DNA of 64,000 nt from an uncultured bacterium. GTDB lineage: Bacteria; UBA8481. Location: contig CAZJQD010000019.1 of NCBI GenBank assembly GCA_964548165.1, positions 91 through 64,090 of the forward strand, written 5' to 3'. The translations under genes and the position numbers were made by a program. Positions 34,886 through 44,300 of the stretch are shown here, one piece after another. Under the pieces are notes generated by a model, which worked only from the letters and a program-made list of their open reading frames with translations, had not been told where the DNA came from and did not search any database. Position 1 is the stretch's first letter; each line of letters starts with the position of its first letter.

Positions 34886-34914
34886 AGTCTAACTCAGGTG
34901 GGGCAGATTATTAA
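34886..34914 (-). promoter_or_regulatory. sigma-70-type promoter TTAATA-N17-TAGACT, 6 nt before ATG 34879 (leaderless)
   Basis: The hexamers and spacing were read directly from the minus strand. There is no Shine-Dalgarno sequence. Confidence 0.45.
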
Positions 34915-34955
34915 GCGCCGGGTGTCGCCACCGGGCTCCTCTTCGAGTCCCGGGA

Positions 34956-35147
34956 TCAGCAGCCCTGCTCGATGCCCGAGCACTCCCCCACCTCGACGAG
35001 TATTCGCTCGATACCCCAGGTCGGAAGTCGCTGGATCGTGGCCGCCGTCAGTTCCGCTCCTGCAGCCAGGATGAGACAATCGCGGACGTACACGGGGCGC
35101 GCCGTTCTCATGCCGGGCTTGAGGTTGTACCAGTGGCAGAATTTCAT
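34956..35147 (-). CDS. small hypothetical protein (63 aa)
   Basis: GGAGGGTG lies 4-5 nt upstream of ATG 35147. The sequence LKPGMRTARPVYVRDCLILAAGAELTAATIQRL resembles the N-terminal modules found in front of HD-GYP-type proteins. Function unknown. Confidence 0.45.
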   Translation of the reverse strand: MKFCHWYNLKPGMRTARPVYVRDCLILAAGAELTAATIQRLPTWGIERILVEVGECSGIEQGC

Positions 35148-35324
35148 TTCACCCTCCGTGGTGAAAACTTCCTGCTTTCCTTATCGGCAGTGAGGGCCCG
35201 GTTTCGCCTCCCGCGGTCGGTACTTTTGTCGGCCCCCCCGCGCCGGGCTCGGCATGGACCGCGCGGAACGCGCTCAAGTTATCCACATACGGGAGCGCCC
35301 TGGCGATTCAGTCTTCGCGGCCTT

Positions 35325-35353
35325 GTGACGCCGGCCGAACGGCCTCGTATAAT
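35325..35353 (+). promoter_or_regulatory. sigma-70-type promoter GTGACG-N17-TATAAT
   Basis: A perfect -10 hexamer at 35348-35353, about 75 nt upstream of ATG 35427. Confidence 0.4.
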
Positions 35354-35426
35354 CGAGACACTTTCGCCGGGGGAACTCGAGCGGACCAGTCCGCCACCAG
35401 CGTCACGAAACGAGGAGCCACGACCC

Positions 35427-35936
35427 ATGACCATCATCCGCTTCGGCATCGCCGGCCGCATGCGCACGGGCAAGACCACCGTCGCCCAATACCTCAAGGA
35501 CAAGCACGGCTTTCACACGACCGCCTTCGCGGATCCCATCAAGGAGATGGCGCGCCTCTGCGGATGGGATGGGGCCAAGGATGAGCGGGGCCGCACGCTC
35601 CTGCAGGACATGGGCACGATCGTCCGCAAGTACAACCCGACCTTCTGGATCGAGAAGATGCTGAAGGACCTGCCGCCCGGCCGACCGGTAGCCGTCGACG
35701 ACATGAGGCTCATCCGCGAACACGAGGCCCTCGAGGCGGCCGGAGGATGGCGCACGATCCTCATCCGGCGCGACGGCGGCTTGATTCCTGACGCGCCGGC
35801 GGGGACCACCGGTCACGTCACGGAGACCGAGGTCGATCGCATCACGCCATGGCGGACCATCGAGAACAACGGGACCTTTGAGGAGCTCTACGCCCGCGTC
35901 GAGGAGATTCTCGCCGAGGCTCAAGCCGGCCGCTAG
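35427..35936 (+). CDS. P-loop kinase resembling phage T5-type deoxynucleoside monophosphate kinase
   Basis: GAGGAG lies 10 nt upstream of the ATG. The block order GRMRTGKTT ... FADPIKEMA ... LLQDMGT...FW ... DDMRLIREHEAL ... HVTETEV ... ENNGTFEEL parallels T5 dNMP kinase. Confidence 0.7.
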   Translation: MTIIRFGIAGRMRTGKTTVAQYLKDKHGFHTTAFADPIKEMARLCGWDGAKDERGRTLLQDMGTIVRKYNPTFWIEKMLKDLPPGRPVAVDDMRLIREHEALEAAGGWRTILIRRDGGLIPDAPAGTTGHVTETEVDRITPWRTIENNGTFEELYARVEEILAEAQAGR

Positions 35937-37990
35937 GCCGGCCGTTTCCCCTCGCGCTTCGGCTTCGTGGGGTAGTACGAATAGTAGTAGTAGTAGTAGT
36001 TCTTCCCCAGTTCACCTTCAGGCTTGATCTTGTTGAGGCACGTCCCGATGACGCGGCCGCGCGCATTCTCCAGCTTGGCGCGGGCCCTCACGAGCACGTC
36101 GCGAGGCGCCTTGCCCTGGCTGTAGATGAGGAGAGTCCCGCCGGCGATGCTGGAGAGGATGGTCGCGTCCGCGACGGGGAGCACGGGTGGACTGTCGATG
36201 AGGATGGCGTCATACACGGCGCTGAGCTCCCTGAGGAGCCCCGGCATCCCCATCTTGATGAGTTCCACGGGCTGCCCGGGCAGAGCGCCCGTCGGCATGA
36301 CGTCGAGATTCTTGATGCTCGTCGGGTAGGCGCAGACCTTCCACGGGACCGCGCCCCCCAGGGCCTCGGCCGTCCCCGCGTGCCCGGAGAGCGAGAAGAT
36401 CTTGGAAACGCCCGGATGGCGCAGGTTGCAATCCATGGCGAGGACGCGCTTGCCCGAGAGCGCCAGGGCGATCGAGAGATTGGCCACCGACGTCGTCTTG
36501 CCCTCCTGGGGTGTCGCCGAAGCCACCAGGAGGACGCGATGACCGTCGTTGAAGAAGTTGAACTCCAGTGTGGAAGCGATGGCGCGATAGCCCTCGCTCG
36601 CCGGATCGCGCGGATGGTAGAAGACAATGGCCCCCGGGCTACTGGGTTGCGGCGTGCCGGGAACGGAATCCACTTTCCGCGACTTGTCACCCGGGTTCAC
36701 AAGGATCAGGGGAACCACCCCGAGGACCTTCACACCCACGAACTCCTCGATCTCCTCGATCGTGCGAATCGAGGTGTCGAGCGTCTCCAGGAGAAACGCG
36801 AAGGCGATGCCCAGCATGAGGCCCAGGGCTATGCCCAGGGTCTGGTGCGACTGCTCGTTCGGGTAAATTTTCCACGGGGTGGCGGCCGGACCCTGGAGAT
36901 TGACTCCGCCGCTCTTGGACTGCCGCACGATCTTCTGCTGTTCGATCCGCTCCCAGAACATCGAGTAGAGCTTGCGGGCCAGGTCGAGCTCCATCGTGAG
37001 ATTGGCTCGCATGACCTGGTCCTGGGGCAGGTTCGTCAGCACCGACTCGATCTGCGCCTGTTGCTGTTTCACCAGCGCGAGCTCTCGCTCCTTCTGCAGG
37101 AGCGTGGACGAAACCTGGCCTCGATACTGCTCCTGGATCTCACCTCGGCGCGACTCGATGGTCCTGTCCAGCCGGGCCAATTCATCGCCGTAGCGCACCG
37201 CTTCCGGGTGGTTGTCCATGAACCTCTGGAGGACGGCCTCACGACGGGACGCCACCTCGTCGCGCTGTCGCATGAGCGAGGCCAGCTCGGGAGCCTGCTC
37301 GGGATTCCAGACTCCCCTGCCGGACCGGATCTCGGCGACCTGGTCCGCGAGAACAGTGGCGCGAATCGCGAGATCCGATCGCAGGCGCAACTGGGCCGCG
37401 AGATCCTCGGAGAAGCCCATGGCGATGCTGCCGGAGCGGAAGGCGACCATGCGGGCCTCGGCGCTCTCGAGCCGCTTCTTGTACTGGTCTATCCGCTCCT
37501 CCAGGAACTTGATGACCTCGTCGTCATTACGCTGGTCCCAGTCCCGCTCGAGTCGCTGGTAGGCGCGCGCCACGGCATTGGCGTACGCCTGCAACTTGTT
37601 GCGATCGGATCCGATGACCGACATGGTGATGATGTTCGTATTGGGATCGTTGGACGCCCGCGTCATGCTCGTCAGCATGTTGACCTTGGCCTGGACGTCC
37701 GCTTCCGATGAGGTCTCGGTGAGTTCACCAAGGTCGCGTAACGCGGCCTCGAGACAGGCCCGGGACCGCATCTGCTTCATCGCCGTCTCGATGGGATGGC
37801 CCTTGTAGTACAGCCAGCGCTCCATCCCCTCCGTGGCGACAGCTTTGGTCACTTCGACCGATACGTTGGTCTGGTAGCGGGGAACGAGGGAGCCGGACCA
37901 GAGATAGACGACGGCGAAGACGGCCAACGTCACGAAGACGATGACCCACACCCTGCGTCTCAGGATCCGGACGTAATCCCGAACCCCCAT
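35933..37990 (-). CDS. polysaccharide co-polymerase / BY-kinase (Wzc/EpsB-like tyrosine autokinase)
   Basis: N-terminal Wzz-type TM and coiled-coil region, a C-terminal CpsD/CapB-type P-loop (ATPQEGKTTSVANL) and a C-terminal tyrosine cluster KNYYYYYYSYYP. Confidence 0.9.
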   Translation of the reverse strand: MGVRDYVRILRRRVWVIVFVTLAVFAVVYLWSGSLVPRYQTNVSVEVTKAVATEGMERWLYYKGHPIETAMKQMRSRACLEAALRDLGELTETSSEADVQAKVNMLTSMTRASNDPNTNIITMSVIGSDRNKLQAYANAVARAYQRLERDWDQRNDDEVIKFLEERIDQYKKRLESAEARMVAFRSGSIAMGFSEDLAAQLRLRSDLAIRATVLADQVAEIRSGRGVWNPEQAPELASLMRQRDEVASRREAVLQRFMDNHPEAVRYGDELARLDRTIESRRGEIQEQYRGQVSSTLLQKERELALVKQQQAQIESVLTNLPQDQVMRANLTMELDLARKLYSMFWERIEQQKIVRQSKSGGVNLQGPAATPWKIYPNEQSHQTLGIALGLMLGIAFAFLLETLDTSIRTIEEIEEFVGVKVLGVVPLILVNPGDKSRKVDSVPGTPQPSSPGAIVFYHPRDPASEGYRAIASTLEFNFFNDGHRVLLVASATPQEGKTTSVANLSIALALSGKRVLAMDCNLRHPGVSKIFSLSGHAGTAEALGGAVPWKVCAYPTSIKNLDVMPTGALPGQPVELIKMGMPGLLRELSAVYDAILIDSPPVLPVADATILSSIAGGTLLIYSQGKAPRDVLVRARAKLENARGRVIGTCLNKIKPEGELGKNYYYYYYSYYPTKPKREGKRPA

Positions 37991-38057
37991 CTCGTATTCT
38001 CTGGCGATGACACGCCCTCCCGGCCCGGACCTGAATGCATCCTGGTTTCAGGTTATT

Positions 38058-38084
38058 TTATCGGCGCCCCAGAGGCAAACAATA
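38058..38084 (-). promoter_or_regulatory. sigma-28-like promoter match upstream of the BY-kinase gene
   Basis: The minus strand reads TATTGTTT-N11-GCCGATAA, with a perfect -10 box, consensus spacing and a 6/8 match at -35. It lies 68 nt upstream of ATG 37990. Confidence 0.4.
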
Positions 38085-38134
38085 GCTCAAATCACTCGCG
38101 TTAGCGCATCTCGTGGTGGATTAACGGTGTGAGC

Positions 38135-38338
38135 TCAGGCTTCCTCGGCAATCGACTGGCTGACCCCAAGGGCGCGAAGCACGCTGACCCTGAACTCGTT
38201 GGAGGTCTCCGGCTCGATGATGATGGCCTTGTCCGGCGTCTTGCCGTTATTGGCATAGACCGTCTGGAGCAACTGACCCTGCTCGCGAACCTCGTCGTAG
38301 GCCTTGGCACCGGGTATACCGGTAGCGATCCCTGGCAT
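38135..38338 (-). CDS. small hypothetical protein (67 aa)
   Basis: GGGAGGTG lies upstream of ATG 38338. Codon bias is typical and there is no recognisable domain. Confidence 0.45.
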   Translation of the reverse strand: MPGIATGIPGAKAYDEVREQGQLLQTVYANNGKTPDKAIIIEPETSNEFRVSVLRALGVSQSIAEEA

Positions 38339-38441
38339 GCTGCTACACCTCCCTGTGAGTCGCGGCCTTCTCTCTATCGCCGCGATGGTTATTCTAGCAC
38401 GGACTCAGAGTCCTCTGCCAGCCTTGGCGAGGAAAATGGGG

Positions 38442-39152
38442 CTAAAACGTCACCTGGTCGCGAACCCCCTCCAAAAGGGCCGGGCCGATACCCGAGACCT
38501 TGTCGAGGTCCTCGAGCGACTTGAAGGGGCCGTTTGCCGTGCGATAGTCGATAATTCTCTGGGCCAGGGCTGGCCCGATGCGCTTGAGCGTGCAGAGCTC
38601 CTCGATGCCGGCCCTGTTGACGTTGACCTTGGCGCCGGCGACGGGTGCGGGCGCGGAACCGCCAGCCGGGGCCGCTCCGGTGGCAGGCGCGCCGCCGGCC
38701 GCCGCGGTTGCGGCTTGAGGCACCCCGGCGGCGGGAACCGTCTCGGCCACGACCGCGGCGGCGGCGGCACCAAAGTCGATCCCAGCCGCCTTGAACTTCT
38801 CGAGCATGGAGGGACCGACGCGCGGTGCCTTGTCGAGGTCCTCGAAACTGCGAAACGGCCCGTTCTCGTCGCGATACGCGATGATGTTCTCCGCCGTAGC
38901 CTGTCCGACCCCCGCGATCTTGTACGCTGCCAGCTCGTCCGCGGTGACCTCATTGATCTTGATCGGTCCCTCGGGCCGCGGCGCCTCCGGCTCCTCGGCG
39001 CGTTCCTCGCCTCGGCCGCCGCGTCTGCCCTCGTTCTCGCTCTCGTGACCCTCTCCCTCGCGGGCGGCGAGCGACGGGCGCTTCTTCCCGCCGCACGCGG
39101 TCACGCTGAGAGCAAGACCCAGGACCAACAACAAGCTCAAGAACCGCCTCAT
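38442..39152 (-). CDS. ComEA-like lipoprotein with two helix-hairpin-helix DNA-binding modules
   Basis: AAGGAG lies before ATG 39152. Lipobox LSVTAC. Two ComEA-type repeats are present (INEVTADELAAYKIAGVGQATAENIIAYRDENGPF and VNRAGIEELCTLKRIGPALAQRIIDYRTANGPF). Confidence 0.85.
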   Translation of the reverse strand: MRRFLSLLLVLGLALSVTACGGKKRPSLAAREGEGHESENEGRRGGRGEERAEEPEAPRPEGPIKINEVTADELAAYKIAGVGQATAENIIAYRDENGPFRSFEDLDKAPRVGPSMLEKFKAAGIDFGAAAAAVVAETVPAAGVPQAATAAAGGAPATGAAPAGGSAPAPVAGAKVNVNRAGIEELCTLKRIGPALAQRIIDYRTANGPFKSLEDLDKVSGIGPALLEGVRDQVTF

Positions 39153-39210
39153 GAGAACACTCCTTCTTTCCACCACCTGCTGCCTCCGTCTCTTCCCCAT
39201 CCGTCGATCA

Positions 39211-40458
39211 CTAGAAGTCATCCGTGCCGGGCACCGGCTGACAATCGCTCCACATCGTCGGCTCGTTCGGCTCGAATCGGCGATACAGCGCCCACTCGCC
39301 GCGCTTGGCCGGCTCCCACTGCTCCTCCACGGGCTTGACCGGGAACTGCGTCCGGATCGCGAGCCTTTTTCCGTCTGTCCTGTACCAGATGTCTCCCTGC
39401 ATGTCCGTCCTGAGAAGCAGGGGCAGCGGCTTGATGAATGTCTTCCAAGCCTGGATGGCATCCGCGGCCGGGTGACCGAAGACGGGCGGATGACTCGACG
39501 TGGAGATATAGCGCGGCTGGACCAGCTTCAACCAGTTCGGTTCGTCGCTCGTCTTGGACCCGTGATGAGGCGGAAAGTGGATGGTGCTCTGCAACCGCGG
39601 GCCCCAGAAGGCCGCGGCCGCCTCTTCCTGCTCCCCCTCGGCGTCGCCGGCCGAAAGGAAGGAGATCTCGCCGCACTGGATGCGCGTGATCACCGAGTTG
39701 TCATTCGACTTGTCACCATCCGCACTGCCGATGCGCCGGGTCGGACCCAGGATCTGGAAGGCAATGGTCGGGTCCCCCAGGGGATCCTTGCCGATGAGCG
39801 TTCCCCCCATGTCGTCGTACGAGACCGCCTCGCCCGTCTTGGGATCCACCACGGGGTAGAAGGGAATATCGTGTCGGTCCACGGCCTCCAGGAACGCCTG
39901 GTAGAAGGCCGCCGGCTTCACCACGCCGGACGTGACGACCTTGTGGATCTTCCCCCCGCGTTCGTAGATCCAATCGATGAGATCGGCCATGCCGCCGCCA
40001 TGGTCGGAGTCGGGGTGCGTGAGGATCAGGATGTCGAGGTCGTAAATCTGGTGCATCTCGAGAAACGGCATCACGACGTACTTGGTGGCCGCGTACTGGC
40101 GCGAATGCGAGTTCTCCGGGAGGCTCCCCTCAGAGCAATCGATGAGGATGTTGTATCCCCCGGGCGTATGGATGAACGTCGCGTCTCCCTGGCCCACATC
40201 AAGCTGGACGATCGTCAGGACCCCGTCAGGAAAGCGATCGGTCTTCTTGAGGCTGAGCCCGCCGGGCTGGCGCCCCCCCATGACGCGGGGCGCGGCGAAA
40301 TACCAGACCACGGCGGCGATGAGCGCCAGCACGAGGAGCAGGGCATTGGGTCCAAGACCCTTGCCGCCCGGCGCCGGCCGGGATTGCCGGTAGCGTTCAA
40401 AGGCATCCACGTGGGCGTGCCCACCGGCTCCCCCCGAGGTCGCTCGCGTTCCGCTCAT
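39211..40458 (-). CDS. membrane-anchored ComEC-type MBL-fold (metallo-beta-lactamase) protein, stand-alone
   Basis: One N-terminal TM (ALLLVLALIAAVVWYF), then LDVGQGDATFI, ILTHPDSDHGGG, SAGDAE and PPHHGSKTS, which is the full ComEC C-terminal domain motif set. The start overlaps the upstream stop (ATGA at 40455-40458). Confidence 0.85.
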   Translation of the reverse strand: MSGTRATSGGAGGHAHVDAFERYRQSRPAPGGKGLGPNALLLVLALIAAVVWYFAAPRVMGGRQPGGLSLKKTDRFPDGVLTIVQLDVGQGDATFIHTPGGYNILIDCSEGSLPENSHSRQYAATKYVVMPFLEMHQIYDLDILILTHPDSDHGGGMADLIDWIYERGGKIHKVVTSGVVKPAAFYQAFLEAVDRHDIPFYPVVDPKTGEAVSYDDMGGTLIGKDPLGDPTIAFQILGPTRRIGSADGDKSNDNSVITRIQCGEISFLSAGDAEGEQEEAAAAFWGPRLQSTIHFPPHHGSKTSDEPNWLKLVQPRYISTSSHPPVFGHPAADAIQAWKTFIKPLPLLLRTDMQGDIWYRTDGKRLAIRTQFPVKPVEEQWEPAKRGEWALYRRFEPNEPTMWSDCQPVPGTDDF

Positions 40459-41309
40459 GGGGCCGTCGCCAGGGGGCGGATCTTGTTGATGAGCGCCGGG
40501 CCGACTCCGGCGACCCGATCCAGGTCATCGACGGATGCGTAGGGTCGCCCCGCGACGATCTTCTCGACCATGGCGGGCCCGACCCCGGGCAGACTGTCCA
40601 GCTGTTCCTTCGTGGCCGTGTTCAGGTTGATGAGCGTCGATGCGGCCGTGCTCCGCGGGGGCGCGGCCAGGACCGCGGCACCGGACTGGTTGCCCACGCG
40701 CACGTGAGGGGCCATGGACGCGAACTTCGCATCCCCGATGCCGGGCACGTTCCGCAGATCGGCCACGGAGCGATACGGCCGGCCGGCGATGATCTTCTCC
40801 GCCATCGAGGGTCCGACCCCTTCGATCTCCTGGAGCTGTTCGCTCGTGGCGGTGTTCAGATCGATCCCCACACCGGTGGGCGCCGCGGCAGGAGCGGCGG
40901 AATCGACGCCGGAGAGCCTGCAGTACTTGGGCAGAACCGCCAGCAGGCTCGGCCCCATCCTCGGGATCGCGTCCAGGTCCGCGAAGGACTTGAACGGGCC
41001 GTTCTGCTCGCGATACGCGATGACGGCCGCGGCCATCGAGGGGCCGAATCGCGGGATCGTCCTCATCTCCTCGATGGTGGCCGTGTTCAAGTCGACCTTC
41101 AGGGTCTCCTCCAGCTTCGCCCGCTCCTCCTCCGTCAGCATCTCGACCCCGATCGATCGGAGACCGGACGTGTCCCGATCGAGGACCGCGGTCTCGATGC
41201 GCGGCGGCCGATCGGGCTTCTCGGGGATGAAGGCGAGAATGCCGCCCCCGGCCGCCAGGGTCACGAGCTCGAGGATGAGCACCGTCTTCTGGGTATTGCT
41301 CCAGCTCAC
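40455..41309 (-). CDS. ComEA-like protein with three helix-hairpin-helix modules
   Basis: GTG 41309 overlaps the comEC stop (GTGA). An N-terminal TM is followed by three LNTAT...G(V/F)GP...(P/N)(Y/G)...DL repeats. Confidence 0.82.
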   Translation of the reverse strand: MSWSNTQKTVLILELVTLAAGGGILAFIPEKPDRPPRIETAVLDRDTSGLRSIGVEMLTEEERAKLEETLKVDLNTATIEEMRTIPRFGPSMAAAVIAYREQNGPFKSFADLDAIPRMGPSLLAVLPKYCRLSGVDSAAPAAAPTGVGIDLNTATSEQLQEIEGVGPSMAEKIIAGRPYRSVADLRNVPGIGDAKFASMAPHVRVGNQSGAAVLAAPPRSTAASTLINLNTATKEQLDSLPGVGPAMVEKIVAGRPYASVDDLDRVAGVGPALINKIRPLATAP

Positions 41310-44300
41310 GGAATTTCCCTCTGCCGCTGATCCGCGCCCTCGCCGCCGGCCGCGTCCTCGTCGGGAATCCCCGGGGCCTTCAGCGAGCCGATCATCGTCT
41401 CCACCGCCAGCTCGTCCCGCCCGTCCGACGTCATCAGGACGGCGCCGTGTCGATCGGTCCGAGCCACCGTCAGCCCCCACTCTTCCAGCTTCCCGGCGAG
41501 CCGGTCCACCCCGGCAGAGACGTCGCTGGCGAAGAGCTGGCGATGAGACAAAAAGGAATCGCGATAGGACATCTTCTCGGTCCGACCGCCGCCGGCGGCG
41601 CGCGGCGGCTTGAGCGCGCTGGACCAGCCCGTCGACATCACGGCAAGGCGCGGCTCGCGGGCCTCGGGAAGCGTGGTCTTGTAGAAGAGGTCGATGTCGA
41701 CCCTGGGGGAGGCGTGCGCGGGCACGACGACCACATTCGACGCCAGCAGATCCTCCGGAAGTCTCAGCAACTCCCGGATCCCGTCCTCGGTGATGTCCGA
41801 CGGCAGGAGAAAACTATGCTTGCCATAGCGAACGAGCAGGACGAGCGAGTTGTTGTTGGTGGGCTGCAAGGGATAGTCGGGGCTGGGATGGAGCGCGATC
41901 AGCTCGAACTTCCCGCCCTCCCCTTCCTCCTGCCAGAGCACCATTCCCGCCTTCGCCAGGAAGTGCTCGGGAGGGCCGAAATCGGTCACGATGCTCGTCG
42001 GCGAGAGCGGAAGCAATTCCAGGAATCGCCAGATGCCCCAGGGCTGGTTGAGCCGATCCGTGAGCTCGCCGAGAAGAAAGACGGCGTCCTCGAAATCGGA
42101 ATTCCGGTCGTTCTCCGCCGCGTCCGCGCCCACGGCGTGGGCGACCGTCGATTGGAATTGATCCGGGTCGCTCGTGTCCCAGTCCCAGACCGGGACCACG
42201 CTGAAGAAGCGGCGGACCGGAAATATCTTGAAGATGCCGGAGAGCCCGCCGAAATCCTCGGGCGAGGTATTCGTCATGATGACAGCGTCGATGCGGCCGA
42301 TGCGCTGTTTCAGGAGATACTGGGCCACCGTGCGCTCGCCGGTGTTCCATCCGGTGCGGTAATCGCTGGGTCCCCCGTCGACGATGATCTGCGCCCCGCT
42401 GGGCGTCTGGATGTGAATGGCCTGTCCGTAGCGCACGGAAAGAACGTTCACATGGAGCTTGCCGTCGAGGGTGGCCGGCCAGAAACCCCAGACGCAGACT
42501 GCCGAGACCACGGCAAAGCCGCCGCCGAGCGTGGCCAGGCACTGCATGCGCCGCCGCGCGCCGCCGATGCCCATGATGAGGTCGTAGTAGAGAATCCGCG
42601 CCAGCCGGACGATCGGTTTATTGGCGACGAATACACCCAGGAGGAAGTAGTAGGCCGCGATCATCCGGGGCGTCATGGTCTGGGTGAAGGGAAACGGCAT
42701 GACCACGGTCGAGATGTGAGCCACCCAGAGGAAGAACCAGATGGCGATGTAATTGGCGGCGTTGAGAACGAGCGCCAGGTAGAGCCCGACGTAGGGGATG
42801 AGCCCCAGGATGCAGGCGAAGATGCCGAGCTGCACGATGATGCCGATGAGCGGGATCGCGACGAAGTTGGCCAGCGGTCCCGCGATCGACATGCGACAGA
42901 AGTAGTAGGCCGAGAGCGGACCCATCATGCCCAGCTGAATGGCGAACTGGGCGGCGATGAACTGCTGGATCCACGTGGGCATCTTCTGCCAGCCGGGCAC
43001 GAACTTGAGGATGCGCTCGACGGGAGGCGTGATGAGCCCCAGCGACAGCACGGCCATGAACGAGAGCGCGAAGGCGGGCTGGATCAGCCACTTGGGGTTC
43101 TGCCCGAGAATGACGAGGCCTGATACGCCTATCGCGAGGAGCAGGGATGCCCGGAATGAGGCTCCCAGGTAGACATAGGTGAGCACCACGAGCGAGTTCA
43201 TGATGCCGGCGCGCGTCGAAGACGGGGCGGCGCCGGTGATGAGCACGAAGATCATCAGCCCCAGGACGATGAAGGGAGCAAAGACCTTGGGGGGCAGCTT
43301 GAGGATCGAGAAGAGGCCCCAGAGTGCTCCGGCGATGATCGTCACGTGGAGGCCCGAGACCGCCAGCACGTGGCTGGTTCCGGACCAGCGGAATTGATCG
43401 AGGATGTATTGCCGGAGATCGGGGGTCTCCGCGATCGCATCGGGATCGTCCGGATCGGCGCCCGCGGGCAGTTCCGGCGCCTCTTCGAACATCGTCCGCA
43501 CGCCGTCGAGGCCGCGGCGGGATCCCAGCGTGACGCCGGCCAGGAACGCCGATTCCGGGAAGGGAACCGTCGCCTTGATGACGCCGAGCATCTGCTGCTT
43601 GAGGTTGAGCGAGAGTTCCGTCAGGAAGGCTCCCTCTTCCGTGTCGTCGATGATCTTGAGCGGAGGATTGTTGTTGTTCCAGAAGGGGATCGAGGCCTGG
43701 GCGTAGACATCCTTGTCCGTGTTGAAGGTCTCGGCATCGAACAAGCCGGGGTTGTCCGCGCTCCTGAACGTCTGGAACTGCGCCTCGACCTCGATGATGT
43801 ACCCGTACGCCGCGAGATCGGTCAGCGTAGTGAAGGCCTCCTCCCATTCCCGATCGAACGTGCGGAATTTCTGGGAGGGTCTCAGGAAGACCATGACGTT
43901 CCCGCCGCTCACCGAGAAGATCTTGCCGGTCCCCGGATCCGGCTCGACCTCGTAGGGCTCGATGATCAGCGCCAGTACGCCCGGCTTGCCCAGGGCCGGC
44001 CGATACTCGGGCTCGGCCACGATCTTGCCGACGATGCGCGTCGTCTGCTTGATGTCGGCGTCCGGGAACTCCTCGAGGATGGCGCGGATGTGATTACTCT
44101 CCGCCTCGGGATCGAAAGGCGGAATGTAGGCGCGCTCGATAAAGCGGCCGGTTCCCAGGGTGACCGCGCAGAGCGCTATGCCGGAGTAGACCATCCAGTT
44201 GCGGATACGTCCCATGCCCTGGTCCTGGGCGATGCCCAGGCCCCAGCCCACCAGGCCCAGCAGAACGGCGGCGATGTAGAGGGGCCAGACCCACTCGTAC

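Noticed and set aside
35181-35188. Fourth GCCGATAA (sigma-28 -10 box) on the minus strand, 34 nt upstream of the small ORF 34956..35147
   Set aside because: No acceptable -35 element is present at N11-N12 (best 8-mer GCGAAACC, 1/8 match). An isolated 8-mer is not sufficient evidence.
35427-35936. Prophage or mobile island suggested by the T5-like dNMP kinase gene
   Set aside because: No integrase, capsid, tail, terminase, repeats or att-like sites occur in the flanks. The neighbouring genes are ordinary chromosomal genes with the same composition.
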